DNA of 63,816 bases, counting the filler, from Ministeria vibrans ATCC 50519 (taxonomy: Eukaryota; Protista; Filasterea): the NCBI GenBank assembly GCA_943704425.1. It is 5 parts of 5 records of this genome, joined end to end, with 100 filler letters (N's around TTAATTAATTAA, not from the genome) between each part and the next. Parts side by side here need not be neighbours in the genome. Positions count along the whole stretch, not along the records: positions 35,878 to 46,504 come from CALSCP010000585.1; positions 46,605 to 62,670 come from CALSCP010002357.1; 3 more parts are not named here. One strand, 5' to 3'. Each line of letters opens with the position of its first letter. The stretch's first letter is position 1. The notes beneath the pieces were generated by a model, which was not told the origin of the DNA, ran no database searches, and was given only the letters and a program-made list of their open reading frames with translations. Below, piece after piece: positions 40,770-55,731 of the stretch. The position numbers and the translations under genes are program-made.

Positions 40770-43039
40770 TCAACTATACAACTCTCTTAACAGACTTGCC
40801 TGACTATTATCCAAAGCGCCACACACTTTCACTAGATGCGCATCCAATGCTACAAGACGGAAGCCGGTGAACCCCATGCGTGCACTCGATCTCCCTTTAT
40901 CATAGACCCACCCACAACACTTGCACATTTCTTTCCTTTCTTCCCTCTCTGTACCTTTTCGATTGTCCCGCGTGAGCATCATTAACGTCATGGCAAAGCG
41001 CTTGGTCTTGGCGACGGCACACAGAACCTGAAAGCAGTGCTCGAGTGGGAGAGTCGACTCGGCAAGTGCCGTGGCAGCAGCAGCGACAACCGCAAGCACA
41101 AAGGGAGCGTCAAGGAGGGTCGTGAGAAGCGACGGAAGAGTGCGGATAGGCCAGACACGCAGATATGCACCAAATGCAGACTTATTCGCGCCAATGGCAC
41201 GGTAGGTGTTGAGCAAGTCTACTGCAGTGCGTGGCGCGTGGTATGTGGTTGTAGTCGTGTCAAGGTTGTTGCGCAACGTAAGCCCATTGAGACGCGCAAA
41301 GGTTGTGCGAGCGTGCGAGTCGCTTGGAACAATTTTGAGAGCGTCACGTACGTCAGAAAGTGCACTATCAAGCTGCGCCAGTCGCTCGTGGGCCTGTGCG
41401 CGTCGCATGTAGCAGCGCAGTAGCATGGATGGTTCAAATTGATCCGGACCCGACCGCACCAGTTCAATGGCACGTGAGTAGTCTACAACTGCGTCAGCGA
41501 CTCGAGACACGTTGAGCCGACAGAGACCACGATTAAGCAGACTCAGTGCCAGTGTGACTGCATTGGCAGTTGTCGCTTGCTCCACCACACGCGTGTACAG
41601 TGCATCCGCAAGCACCCACTCTCCCACCTGAAAGTGTTCGTTCCCATTCACACGCACTCGATCCAGTTCTTCCTCAGTATTCCCCCCATCCTCCTCGTCG
41701 TCCTCCTCGTCGTTATCTACCTCCACAATCGCCAAACGGGATACATTTGTTGAACCTCCTTCACTCGCTTCCTCTTCTTCATCCTCTTCTACCTCGACAA
41801 TGTCGAGTCGTCGTCCCTTCCCGTCCTCTTTTGTCTGCCCCGCCACATCCCCCTCCCTCCCCATCTGATCGAGTAATCTCGTTGCAATGCCATTTGTCTT
41901 GTCGTGAATCAATACGGTGCCACAGATGCCACGCGACTCGCTGTACCGTCCCAGCGCGTAGAGTGCACTCGCATGGCGCACAAGAGCCTTGACATTGACT
42001 GGCTCGCTTTCAAGCACGCGAGTCGTGTCTGCAAGAGCGGCCGCCGGCCGACTCATCTTTAGGTGTGCCTGCGCGCGGTTGTTGAGTGCCACCAGCGTAA
42101 AGTGGATTTCCAAACTGCGCGAGTACGCCTCGACAGCCTCCTGGTACTTTCCGCCGCGAAACAACTCGTTGCCCTTGTCTTTTTCGGCCAGGGAAAGCCG
42201 CTCACGATCGACTGGGTCACGCACGGCCATAGCAGCTGCCGGTGCCTTTGACATCGTCTTCTTTTTCGCCTTCTTCTGCTCTTGCTCCGCCTCTTCCATC
42301 TCCGCAATTACCTTGTCTGGATCGTACTTGTCCCACGCGCGAAAGTCTGAGCCGGCAATGCGCTTGGGAGTCGACGTCGTAGTTGTGGTTGAGGTTGAAA
42401 CATCTGAGACAGCAATGCGTGTCGCAGTGGAAGTCGTCGTTGTGGTCGGTGTAGATGAAGGTTCAGCTTGACTCGCTGGAGCGACGGTCGCTTGTCGAAC
42501 AGGCGGGAGCTGTACTTCGCCGGTGCGGGCTGACTGGGTGTGCACTCGATCCTCAGCAGAGATGCTGGCACTCCAGGCACCCAGCGAAGCAACGAGGCCC
42601 GCCGGCGACGAGTCGGCGGGGACAGAAGAAGAAGAAGAAGAAGGAGAAGGAGAAGGAGAAGGAGAAGAAGAAGAAGCAGACGTTGCAATGTCAGCTTGCA
42701 GTAAGGAGCTATGCGGCATAAGCTGGCGCAACCGTTCTTCGGCAGCTCGTAGCAGGTCGGGATAGCTACCCTGGAACAGGAGAAGCAGTCAAGACACTCG
42801 ATGGTCGTTGCGATTCATTGTGTTGTCATGGTGAAACGGAACACATAAAACGAGTGTCTTACGTCAACGCCCGTTCGCAAACGTGCCACTACACATTCCA
42901 AATTTTGCGCATCGGCGGCCTTGGCGTCCCTGACAAAGCTGTAATCGAGCCATTCGACGGGGACTTGATCGACCGACATGACAAGTCGCGTTTCGCCCGT
43001 GCTGCGCGCCAGCATGTTCTCAACATCCTTTGACGACAT
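40770..43039 (-). CDS. SPAG1: SPAG1-like TPR co-chaperone (dynein arm assembly factor)
   Basis: N-terminal VPVEWLDY..V....LE.VV..LRTG..GSYPDL...AE.RL..L; RI.GSDF.AWDKYD; two TPR clusters (EKDKGNELF..., RVNGNEHF...); RPAP3_C-like end (PRTAVDL...KRF.MTLMML). Confidence 0.8.
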
Positions 43040-43168
43040 AATTCACCAGCCACGCCCCCCAATGATGTATTGGATGATGCGGAATGTACAAAAATCAATT
43101 ATTTAATATTGTAGAGCAAAATAGAAATCAAATGAGATGATCACACAAATACAAATTTTATTCTCAAT

Positions 43169-44268
43169 ATGGTAAGCGCCACACTGACAGTAGCACCGCG
43201 GAACACCCACCCCATGTCTCTCTAGGCCAACGTGGAGCTGCTGTCGCCCGAAGGTATGCGACGCAGAGACCCGCCCTGTCTTTACTCACGAGCGTAGGTC
43301 TTCGAGTCGATGGACGACGTGCGCACGAACTGCGCAAGATTTCCGCAAGCACCGGGGTGTTTGACCAGGCCGACGGGTCGGCCTATGTGGCCCATGGAAA
43401 CACCAAGGCCATTGCGACAGTCTACGGTCCACGAGAGGTCTGCAAAGAGATGCTCGTTTTTTTTTTTCGTTTTTTAGCTCATTGCTTTCGGGATTGTTTT
43501 CAGGCCCCAAGAGATCGAATGAACCCAACACGGGCGACAGTCAAGTGCGAATTGAGCACGGCACCCTTTAGCACTGGCGAGCGGAAGCAGCGGTCAAAGG
43601 GTGACCGGTAAGCGAAAGGAGGAGCTTCTGTGCTGATCCTTGGATGTCTTCCTGACTCAGACGCACACTTGAGTTTGAAGCACTGCTGGAAAAGGCACTG
43701 TCCGCAAGCATCATGGTTGACCTGTACCCTCGCTCGACCATCTCAGTGTTTGTCCAGGTGGTGCAGTCGGATGGTGGGTACCGCAGTGCGTGCATCAATG
43801 CGGCGTCGCTTGCACTTGTCGACGCCGGCATTCCTATGCGCGACTTTGTGTGCGCCTGCTCCGTCGCCTGTGTCGATACTACGCCAATTCTAGGTGCCAA
43901 ACTACATGGATACCTTCGCGACGTGCTTTTGTGGTTCTGACTTGTGTGTGTTGGCCCTTCTGTGTTAGATATCAACTATGTGGAAGAGTCAGTTGGCGCG
44001 CCTGAACTCACCATTGCCATGTTGCCCCGCTCCGAGAAACTTGTCGCACTTGAGGTACAACAGAAAGGAGACACAGAGGGAATGCAAACAGTCGAGTCTC
44101 TCCCTCTCTCTGTGTGTGTGCGTGTGTGTGTAGTTGGACTCGCGATTGCATGTTGACAAGTTTGACGGACTGCTTGCGCTGGCGATGCAAGGAAGCGGAC
44201 AAGTGTTCCGCACGCTCAAGGATGTCGTTGTGCGAGACTGTGCCGCCCTCTTGAAGAACGTCTCATAA
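43169..44268 (+). CDS. EXOSC4: Exosome complex component RRP41
   Basis: M|ANVELLSPEG|LRVDGRRAHELRKI, ADGSAYV.HGNTK....VYGPRE, PFSTGERK, LYPRSTI, DGG....INAASLALVDAGIPM.D, DINYVEES. Confidence 0.95.
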
Positions 44269-44322
44269 GGGCTGAGATATGTATGTGTGTGTGTGTGTGT
44301 GTGTGATTGTACTCTGAGTTGA

Positions 44323-45331
44323 TTATCTGTGTGAGTATTGGGCACGGTATTCTGTCTGAGGTGGAGTCGGGCGATGGGGGCGGGTGGGTGCGAGAGAACG
44401 GTCACGGAGGAAGACGTTGGCGGAGAGGCGCACCTGGGACGGGGGAAGGCGGGTGTTGAAGGAGCGAAAGCGCACGGGGTCGGGAGCGGATGTGTTGGCG
44501 TGTCCGTATGGCACAAATGGAGGGCGGCTGAGGAGCGCACTCCGAGCTTCCTGCTCCTGCTGCTGCTGTAGATGGCGCAGGTGTGCAGCTCGCGAAGCAT
44601 GGTGAAAGAGTGACGAGTCGTTGGTGGCCGGCTTTGGCGACGGGAGAGCCACCGGGCAAGGGACGATGGCTTGTTCACGGACTACCATGGGGGGTGGGGA
44701 GGCGTCGTGGCATGCGTTGCTGGTGTCGTCGATCGAGTCGTCATCGCAATCGTTCTCGTCGTCAATGTCCTCGACAGCAAGGGGCGCTTCTGTCTGCTGC
44801 GCTTGTTTACGAGAGTGACAGTGACAAGCGCAAGAGCACGGGGGGTTCTGCGGTGCATTTGCCTTGCGTTGCAGTTGCGGTTGCGCTGTTCGAGCGTAGC
44901 AAGGGTCTGCCGGTTTCTTTACCCTCACAAACTCCTTTGCACGCTCTGCTTCACGCTGTTTTTCAGGCATCCTTGCCTTTCTTTGCGATTCCGGGAGCAC
45001 AAACGGCTCTTCATCGTCGCTTTCGGGCGGTGCGCCCCACTGAGTAGAAAAGTGTTTTACTCTTTTGTTTTTGAAAATTTGTCGCATTCAATTTGAACGA
45101 ACCTGAATCAATGCCTTAACCGAGCCAGTGTATTCTTCATGGCGTCTCCTTCGCATTTCGACACAGCGACCAGCAAATTCGTCAGCGATTTCTAGGCATA
45201 CAGCAAAGAGAGGTTTGAATCGAGTTGAATTTTCGACACAGATTGATTGAAAGGAACCCCAAATCACCTTGGAGAGTCTCTGGCTGGCGTCTCCAACGAG
45301 GATGTGAATATGATCTGTGATACTCTGACAT
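44323..45331 (-). CDS. CCSAP-like (centriole, cilia and spindle-associated) protein
   Basis: N-terminal SEYHRSYSHPRW (cf. SEYMKRY..PRW), PPFVPYG....SFN......V..SA and terminal TEYRAQYS (cf. TEYMRCYS); low-complexity middle. Confidence 0.6.
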
Positions 45332-46193
45332 TCTAGGAGACAGAAGCGAAAACGGTAATTAAATTAAGTTTACTTTTACAGTTACTTTTTTGAAACTTTT
45401 TTACGGTGTTGAATCAATAATGAGCGATTAACGCAATTTACCGACTTGCGAGAGTCCGTAGAACTTAATCTGGTCTTAGCTCTTAAGAAGCCAGATGTGA
45501 GACGTGAGCCTTAACACCGAAATAATTACAAAAATTGTGTGTTGTGTGTGTATTTATCTCTCAATCAAATTGGAAATGTCTTCTTCTTCAATCTCTTAAT
45601 CACATCAAGAATGTGAATTGGACCACTTCTGTAGATAGACAGTAGACGCCAAAGAGAACAAGCTTCACCGCAGTTGGAGTGGCCCGAGTGGGGTGTGGTA
45701 AGAATGGTATGCGATGGAGCGCATTCCAGATCGTTCCGTACCTAAAGTGAAAAGAAGAACGTCCCAAGCGGAACCGATGTTCCGTGGACTATCCAGTCAG
45801 GCAAATCAGACAATCGCATTATCTCGCAAGAATGAAAACTTATAAATGACTTATTGCCGTTATGATAAATATGGGTTGAAAAATAATTATTAATGGAAGT
45901 GATAGTATAGAGCTGTCCAGGCAAGGTCGAGCGAGGAGTTCCTGACAAACAATTGGTCGAGCGTTTTCCGCACTACGTCGTGTTTTACTGACCAAATGAG
46001 TACGCCTGTCTGCTGGAACGAACAAGCAACGATGGCTGTGGAAATGAGAAATCGGACGTGAGAAATTGTTGCGTCAGCACTCCCAACTATAAAAGCGCCA
46101 ATTCAACCACTTTTTCAATCAGAAAAGTTTCGTCTTTTCTCTCCCCACTCACTTTCACTCAACCTCCACGCACACACACTTCCACTTAAACTT

Positions 46194-46265
46194 GCCCTCG
46201 CGGTCCGATGGAACGGATTTCGCCCTTTCAATGCGAAGAAGCGAGATCGAAACTCGCCTTGGGCT
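46194..46265 (+). tRNA. tRNA-Glu(TTC)-like gene, atypical (possibly pseudogene)
   Basis: GCCCTCG/CTTGGGC acceptor (2 mismatches), D-stem GTCC/GGAT, anticodon arm TCGCC-CT TTC AA-TGCGA, T-arm GCGAG-ATCGAAA-CTCGC. Confidence 0.65.
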
Positions 46266-46282
46266 CTCTTTTGTTGTGATTT

Positions 46283-46353
46283 GGGACTGTATTGTAACGG
46301 TAGCATTCGACGTTAGGAACGTCGAGGAGGTGGATCGTCCCCACCCAGTCCCC
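46283..46353 (+). tRNA. tRNA-Pro(AGG)-like gene, atypical (A37, T10-T25, T-loop ATCGTCC)
   Basis: Perfect stems GGGACTG/CAGTCCC, CGACG/CGTCG and GGTGG/CCACC; anticodon loop TT AGG AA; discriminator C. Confidence 0.8.
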
Positions 46354-46411
46354 CCCCACATCATTGTATTGTTTTGTGCATTTTGTTGTTGTTTTTGCTT
46401 ATTGGGTGTGC

Positions 46412-46482
46412 GGGACTTTGTTGTAATGGAAGCATTCGTTGTTTGGAACTACGAGGCGGCGGTTCGATTCCGCCAAGTCCCC
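46412..46482 (+). tRNA. tRNA-Pro(TGG)-like gene, atypical (A37, T10-T25)
   Basis: GGGACTT/AAGTCCC acceptor, CGTTG/CTACG anticodon stem, loop TT TGG AA, T-arm GGCGG-TTCGATT-CCGCC; discriminator C. Confidence 0.8.
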
Positions 46483-46604
46483 CCTCGATTGTTGTTGTTG
46501 TTGCNNNNNNNNNNNNNNNNNNNNNNNNNNNNNNNNNNNNNNNNNNNNTTAATTAATTAANNNNNNNNNNNNNNNNNNNNNNNNNNNNNNNNNNNNNNNN
46601 NNNN

Positions 46605-48041
46605 CCGCCTTGCACTTGCACCAGTAGCGGTTTGTCTCGTCGAGGCATGTGCCGCCGTTCTTGCATGGGTTGGATGCACACTCGTTGATGGGTGTTTCGC
46701 ACATCCTGCCAGTAAAACCGGCCTTGCAATTGCACCAGTATCCATTCGCTTCGTTACTGCAGGTTCCGCCATTGCGGCACGGGTTCGACAGACAGGGTAA
46801 TATTGAGCGTCGACGCGTAACGCGGCGGCGAGTGACGGGTGGTGGTGGTGCACGACGACGAGTAACGGGGGCGCGACGGCGAGTGACGGGTGGTGGTGGT
46901 GCACGACGACGAGCCACGGGAGTGCGACGGCGAGTAACGGGGGCACGGCGGCGAGCCACAGGAGCACGACGACGAGCAACGGGTGCACGACGACGAGCAA
47001 TGGGTGGCGGTGGAGGAGCACGACGACGAGCAACGGGTGCACGACGACGAGCAACGGGTGCACGGCGACGAGCAATGGGTGGCGGTGGAGGAGCACGACG
47101 ACGAGCAACGGGTGCACGGCGACGAGCAACGGGTGCACGGCGACGAGCAACGGGAGCACGACGGCGAGCCACAGGAGCACGACGACGAGCGACGGGTGCA
47201 CGGCGACGAGCAACTGGTGGTGGTGGAGCACGGCGGCGAGCAACTGGTGCACGACGACGAGCAACTGGTGCACGACGACGAGCAACGGGTGCACGGCGAC
47301 GAGCAACAGGTGCACGGCGACGAGCAACGGGTGCACGGCGGCGAGCAACGGGTGCACGGCGACGAGCAACGGGTGCACGGCGACGAGCAACGGGTGGTGG
47401 TGGAGCACGGCGGCGAGCCACAGGAGCACGACGACGAGCAACTGGTGGTGGTGGAGCACGGCGGCGAGCAACGGGTGCACGACGACGAGCAACTGGTGGT
47501 GGTGGAGCACGACGGCGAGCAACCGGAGCACGTCGGCGAGCAACGGGAGCACGGCGACGCGCAACGGGAGCACGGCGACGCGCAACGGGAGCACGGCGAC
47601 GCGCAACGGGAGCACGGCGACGCGCAACGGGAGCACGGCGACGCGCAACGGGAGCACGGCGACGAGGAACAGGGGCACGGCGACGCGTTACGGGAGCACG
47701 ACGACGAGCAACAGGGGCACGGCGACGGGCAACGGGTGTCCAACGGCGGGAGGAACGATCATCGCGTTCCAAAAGAGCATCGTCAGAAATGACCTCACAG
47801 CGTTCACCTTCGAATCCTTCGACGCAAAGACATTCGACGAGACCCGATTCGGCCATGGCACAAACACCATCATTTAGACACGACTGCTTGGCGTCGTAAC
47901 ACGAGAGCGCTATCGAAAGCGACAAAGGAGATAGAATAAAAAACCGAGCAAACTCGCACAAAAAAGAAACGACGCGCTCTTACCGGCAGCTGCAGTCGTA
48001 AAGGCCGCAAGCGCAGTAAAGGCCAGCAGAAAGACTCGCAT
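46605..48041 (-). CDS. Secreted EGF-domain protein with long (PVARRRA)n polycationic repeat; 3' end lost at contig edge
   Basis: Exon 1 encodes signal peptide [19 protein letters not shown] with a GTAAGA donor; exon 2 encodes EGF ([19 protein letters not shown]), the repeat, then Notch-type EGFs ([12 protein letters not shown].., [15 protein letters not shown]) in one frame. Confidence 0.85.
46808..47742 (-). repeat. Coding tandem repeat, 21-bp unit (30 bp with PPP insert), about 40 copies
   Basis: Unit approximately CCCGTTGCTCGTCGCCGTGCA, with mostly third-position variation. Confidence 0.95.
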
Positions 48042-49131
48042 TTGATTGTCACGCAAGCTAGCGGGAGAGGGAAGGAATGATTAAAAGTGGTTTTCGGGAG
48101 GGGCGCTGTCTATCAATGTCATTTCGGCAAACATCCTTTTGACGTCACACAAATTCCAATGAGAGCGTTTTCGCAATCCGCAGAGTATTCCCGCGCGCGT
48201 TCAGCCCAGCGGTACTACTGGATGCATGGTATACGCATGGGACGCATAGGGGAGAGCGAGAGGGAGGAGAGAGCAATACAACAGCTTCGGGGATTTGATG
48301 TCGTTAGAAATGCATACGCGTTTAAACATTTCCCAAATGACACCTTCCAGTTCCCCCAGACACGACAAGCGACTTGCGTCGACGTTGAGCGTTGCCAATT
48401 ATGCCAAAGCACCCCCTTGCAGCCCTGGGCTACTGGTTGCGGGCGAGGGGAGCCTGAGCGGTTGCCAGGGACGCCGTATCAACCAAGTGCCGACGTACAT
48501 TGAGCGTGACATCCCGACCGAATTTTTAAAATTCCGACGCACATTGCAAAATACGATGCAAACATCAACGGTCTCGAGGCTGATGATTGACGCGCAACGA
48601 TTGGTATTCGCTCATTGAACCTCTTGCCACTCAGTGTTCCGTTTTATTTCGCGTACCGATTTTTAGCAGAAGACAAACAAAAAGTCTGATTATCTCATCG
48701 AAAAAAAATGGTAAGTCCACATTTCAATTTTCACAAGCTTAACTCATAAACTCGGTAATTTACAATGATCATTGGTCAAAGACAGGTCAATCATTATTCA
48801 TTAATTTGATTGATATGGTCTATCATACTCAATAATAGTTCATTATGAAATTACTCTCATTATTTCGTTTTGATGTTTGAATAAATTATTATGAATGAGT
48901 ATTGGTTGACAACATAACTATTAACATTCTCGTCTTGAAGTCTACACTCTACGCCCTACGGCGGAAGTATTGTGCTGCTCATTGTTTTCTTTTTCGTTTG
49001 TTTTAACATTGAATACAGCTCTCGATTCTCTATTAATTATTTTGACAATAATCAAATAAATCAATAATTCAATATTTCTTTTCCACTTTTAACGAGTCCA
49101 AAATAGTTGTACATCCATCCGCCGTCGGTTG

Positions 49132-50149
49132 ATGTACCTAGCCGTGTCATGGGTCTTCCGGCTGTGGGACTCGCAGGCGGCCTCTGAGGGCCTCACCGAT
49201 ACGTTTTCCGCCGACGAAGTATGTTGACCATTTCTGTGCTTGTCGCTCACCCTGCACCGCTGCGTCTTCCACAGACAGCGACAGTTGCGCTGGACTGGGG
49301 TGTCGGCGAGGCGGGGTGCTTTGAATCGCTTGCGGGTGCTGCCGAGTGGCGCACGGGCGTCGTCTGTGCCGACCCCACCCACAGCGACACGCTCAGCCTC
49401 ACTGTCGGCGATCTGGCCGCCGCCTGGGCCGCCGTTGTTGGTCCGTTTGAGACGCGCCTCGTCCCTTGCCAGGGTGTCTTTCTCAATCGCTCTCTGTTTC
49501 CCTGTAGAGAGAACCGACGAGCGCAGACTTCTGTCCCTGCTTGCGCTGCACCAATGGCTTGCTTCACCGTCCAGCCACGTTGGCTCGGCTGCTGCGCCAC
49601 ACCTCCACCTCAGACTGGTTGTTGTGCTTGCCACTACGGAGCTCAGCCGTTTGGATATCCTCTGGAATGATCGTCTGCGAGTGCTCATTGCGCGTCGCAC
49701 AGCCGCCGACTACCTTACGGCCTGGCTCAGCACTCTTGGCGGTGCCTACTCCTCCCTTGGCGACTCAAACCACGAAAAGGTCGGTTGTTGATGACAGCAT
49801 GTTGATTGATGATAATCCTATCAAACGTCGTCATAGGCTCTCGAGGCGGAGCGCATTTCAAAGCGCCAAATCGCTCTGGCGCGCTCGCTTCAAGACGAAT
49901 CTCTTCTCTCGCGCGCCCGACTCTTTTTGTCGTACGCCTACATGCAGTTGGGACGTCTCGAGGTAGGGCAACGGAAAGAGAGAAAGAGGAACTGACGGGA
50001 TCGCGTAGGCCGCACAACGAGTTGTCGATGAAGAAGGTCGTCGCGCGAAATCACTCAATGTCGAGTCGGTCTATCGCGCAGCAAAGTATCGTCTCGATTG
50101 TGAACTGAGTAGGAGGTTACTGGAGAACTCGCCTCAGAATGTTCATTAA
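49132..50149 (+). CDS. DUF4807-like conserved protein
   Basis: Spliced WLSTLGGAYSSLG....|ALEAERISKRQIALARSLQDESLLSRARLFLSYAYMQLG matches the recalled DUF4807 signature. Confidence 0.6.
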
Positions 50150-50332
50150 TAATGTATTTTTTTTTGTGATTTGTGCTGTAAAGAAGTATACATACAAAAT
50201 CTGCAACTAAACAAACTGATTTTTGGTTTTTGTAATTTCGACTTTTGTAGTTTGTTTTGTTTACAATTTATATTAATTATCCTTTGGTTGGCTTTCTTTC
50301 CATTGCTAGCCTTGCACCCTGCGAAGCGTCTC

Positions 50333-53928
<3,596 letters not shown>

Positions 53929-54085
53929 AAAGAAAACCCATCACAATGAATCGTATATTTTTTCTCTGGTTGATAAGCGAGAGAGAGAGAGAGAGGAGGG
54001 AGAAAGAAACAAAGTGATAGAGAGAGAGAGAGAGGAGGGAGAAAGAAACAATATGATAGAGAGAGAGAGAGAGAGAGAATGGAGA

Positions 54086-55096
54086 TCAGAGAGCAGTCCC
54101 ACGCTCAAGGTCCGCCTTGATTCCGGCGGTGTGGACACCATAGGCGCGGTCGAGACGCCGGTTGAAGCGCATGTTCCCGTCGTTGATGTGGTCCACGTTG
54201 GCATCCGGATCCCGCAGCTTATGCTTCCCCTTCCGCTTCTTGTCAGCTTCCCGCGCCACCATCGTCGCCAGTCGGTCTGCAGCTCCGTCCGTCACCTTTC
54301 CGTGTGTTCCGTGCGACAGTGAATCCGCCTGCGCATAGAAATCATCGCCCCATTCCGCTTTCGCCCGCTTGTACGCTTGCATGTCGGGCCGTAATGAGTC
54401 CGTCTTGCGCACATACCGTCGTTCGCCGTTTGCCGCATCACCTGTTGCCCCGCAAACAAACAAACAAACAAACAAACAAACAAACAAACAAACAAAAATA
54501 AAAGTGAACACAGAATGAGTGGCGTGTCGTTGAGCGGGTCGCGTTGGCTCACCGGCAAACTGTTCTTCGGATGTGTTGCGACGCTTTGCGTCTGCTGCAA
54601 GGCGCTCTGCGTCAACGACGCTCGTCTTTAAGTACTGTACACGCTCGTAGGAGACTCCCTTTGCCTCGGCCGCCTACAGACGAGGCGTTAGGGCGAAAAG
54701 AGGGGCAGAAGGAAAAGGACAAGAAAAACGAACCTTCTTGGCTTCCTCTTCTTGCATTTCCCACTCAACCTTGCGCTTCTTCGCCTCCCAGTTGGACGGA
54801 AGCTTGGCTCGCTTGTCCTCCTCGACCACCTCGACGTGGTTGGCTGTCTTGGCGGCAGTCTACAGTGGGTTGAGAGGAGCGACAGAGTCAGAGCGACGCG
54901 TTTCGCTTGCGCTGCTCACCCGCTTGGCCTTGAGCGCCGCCAGACGCGCCAGCTTGGCTGCTTTTTTACTGTCTTTGGGAGGGTCGCCGAGGGCGGGCGT
55001 GGGAAGCGCGCTTTCATGGAGGGCGGCCTCGTCGGCTGAGTCAAGAGGGATTTCAGGGGAGTCGTACGCAGGCGCCACGGCGTTGTACGACGCCAT
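54086..55096 (-). CDS. SYF2: Pre-mRNA splicing factor SYF2
   Basis: [70 protein letters not shown]. Confidence 0.93.
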
Positions 55097-55285
55097 GCTG
55101 GGGAGTGTTGGGCCCTGCTGTGGTGTACTCAGCCAGTGAAAATAATGATTTATAGCAGTTCATTATTATCATTTATCAATTTTTCATTATTCATTGATCA
55201 GACAGAGTACGAACGAAAGACGTTTTCTGTTATTCTTCTTTCTCTCTCTCTCTCTCTTTCTCTCTTCAAAGTTGCTCGCGGGAAG

Positions 55286-55695
55286 ATGGCGAGCGGGGGT
55301 GCAAAGAAGCAGACGCTGACGTACGAGGCGCCGTGGCCCATCTACGGGCTGGACTGGAGCGACCGGCCCGACAAACCGTTTCGTCTGGCGCTCGGCTCCT
55401 TCATCGAGGAATACGCGAACAAGGTGCCCGCCCCCGTGCCCCGCCCTGCCCTTCCACTCCCTCCCGAACTCTCCGTCCTCTTTCCTCTCTCCACTCTTTT
55501 TTTTTCTGTTCTCCTTTTTTAAAAAAATAATTTATTATTGTGTCGAAGTGGAGTTTTTGCTCAAAATGGCATTTTGCGCTTTTCAGGTGGACATTGTACA
55601 GCTCAACCCCGCCACGGACACCCTGGAGCGTGTGGTGGGCTTCGACCACCCGTATCCGACGACAAAGATATCGTGGATTCCCGACAGAGTACGCA

Positions 55696-55731
<36 letters not shown>

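Noticed and set aside
45560-46080. Possible small spliced gene upstream of the tRNA cluster
   Set aside because: No consistent exon chain or recognisable motif could be built.
46220-46240. Reading the first tRNA as a TCA (opal/Sec) suppressor
   Set aside because: Stem register TCGCC/TGCGA centres the loop on TTC, and there is no long variable arm or extended acceptor stem.
46808-47742. Possible CRISPR-like array
   Set aside because: Contiguous coding tandem repeat with no unique spacers, no cas genes and a eukaryotic context.
46194-47742. Functional linkage of tRNA-Pro genes to the adjacent Pro/Arg-rich gene
   Set aside because: They are separated by an artificial contig linker (46505-46604), so adjacency is not evidence.
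46557-47899. Alternative long ORFs over the repeat (Cys-rich CSSPCTR frame, VVVHPLL frame, antisense RRRATGA and HGDEQRV frames)
   Set aside because: A stop-free 21-bp unit leaves most frames open. Only the PVARRRA frame links the signal peptide to EGF domains and shows mainly synonymous variation.
48087-48618. Short ORFs upstream of the EGF-repeat gene
   Set aside because: No motif or splice support; left unassigned.
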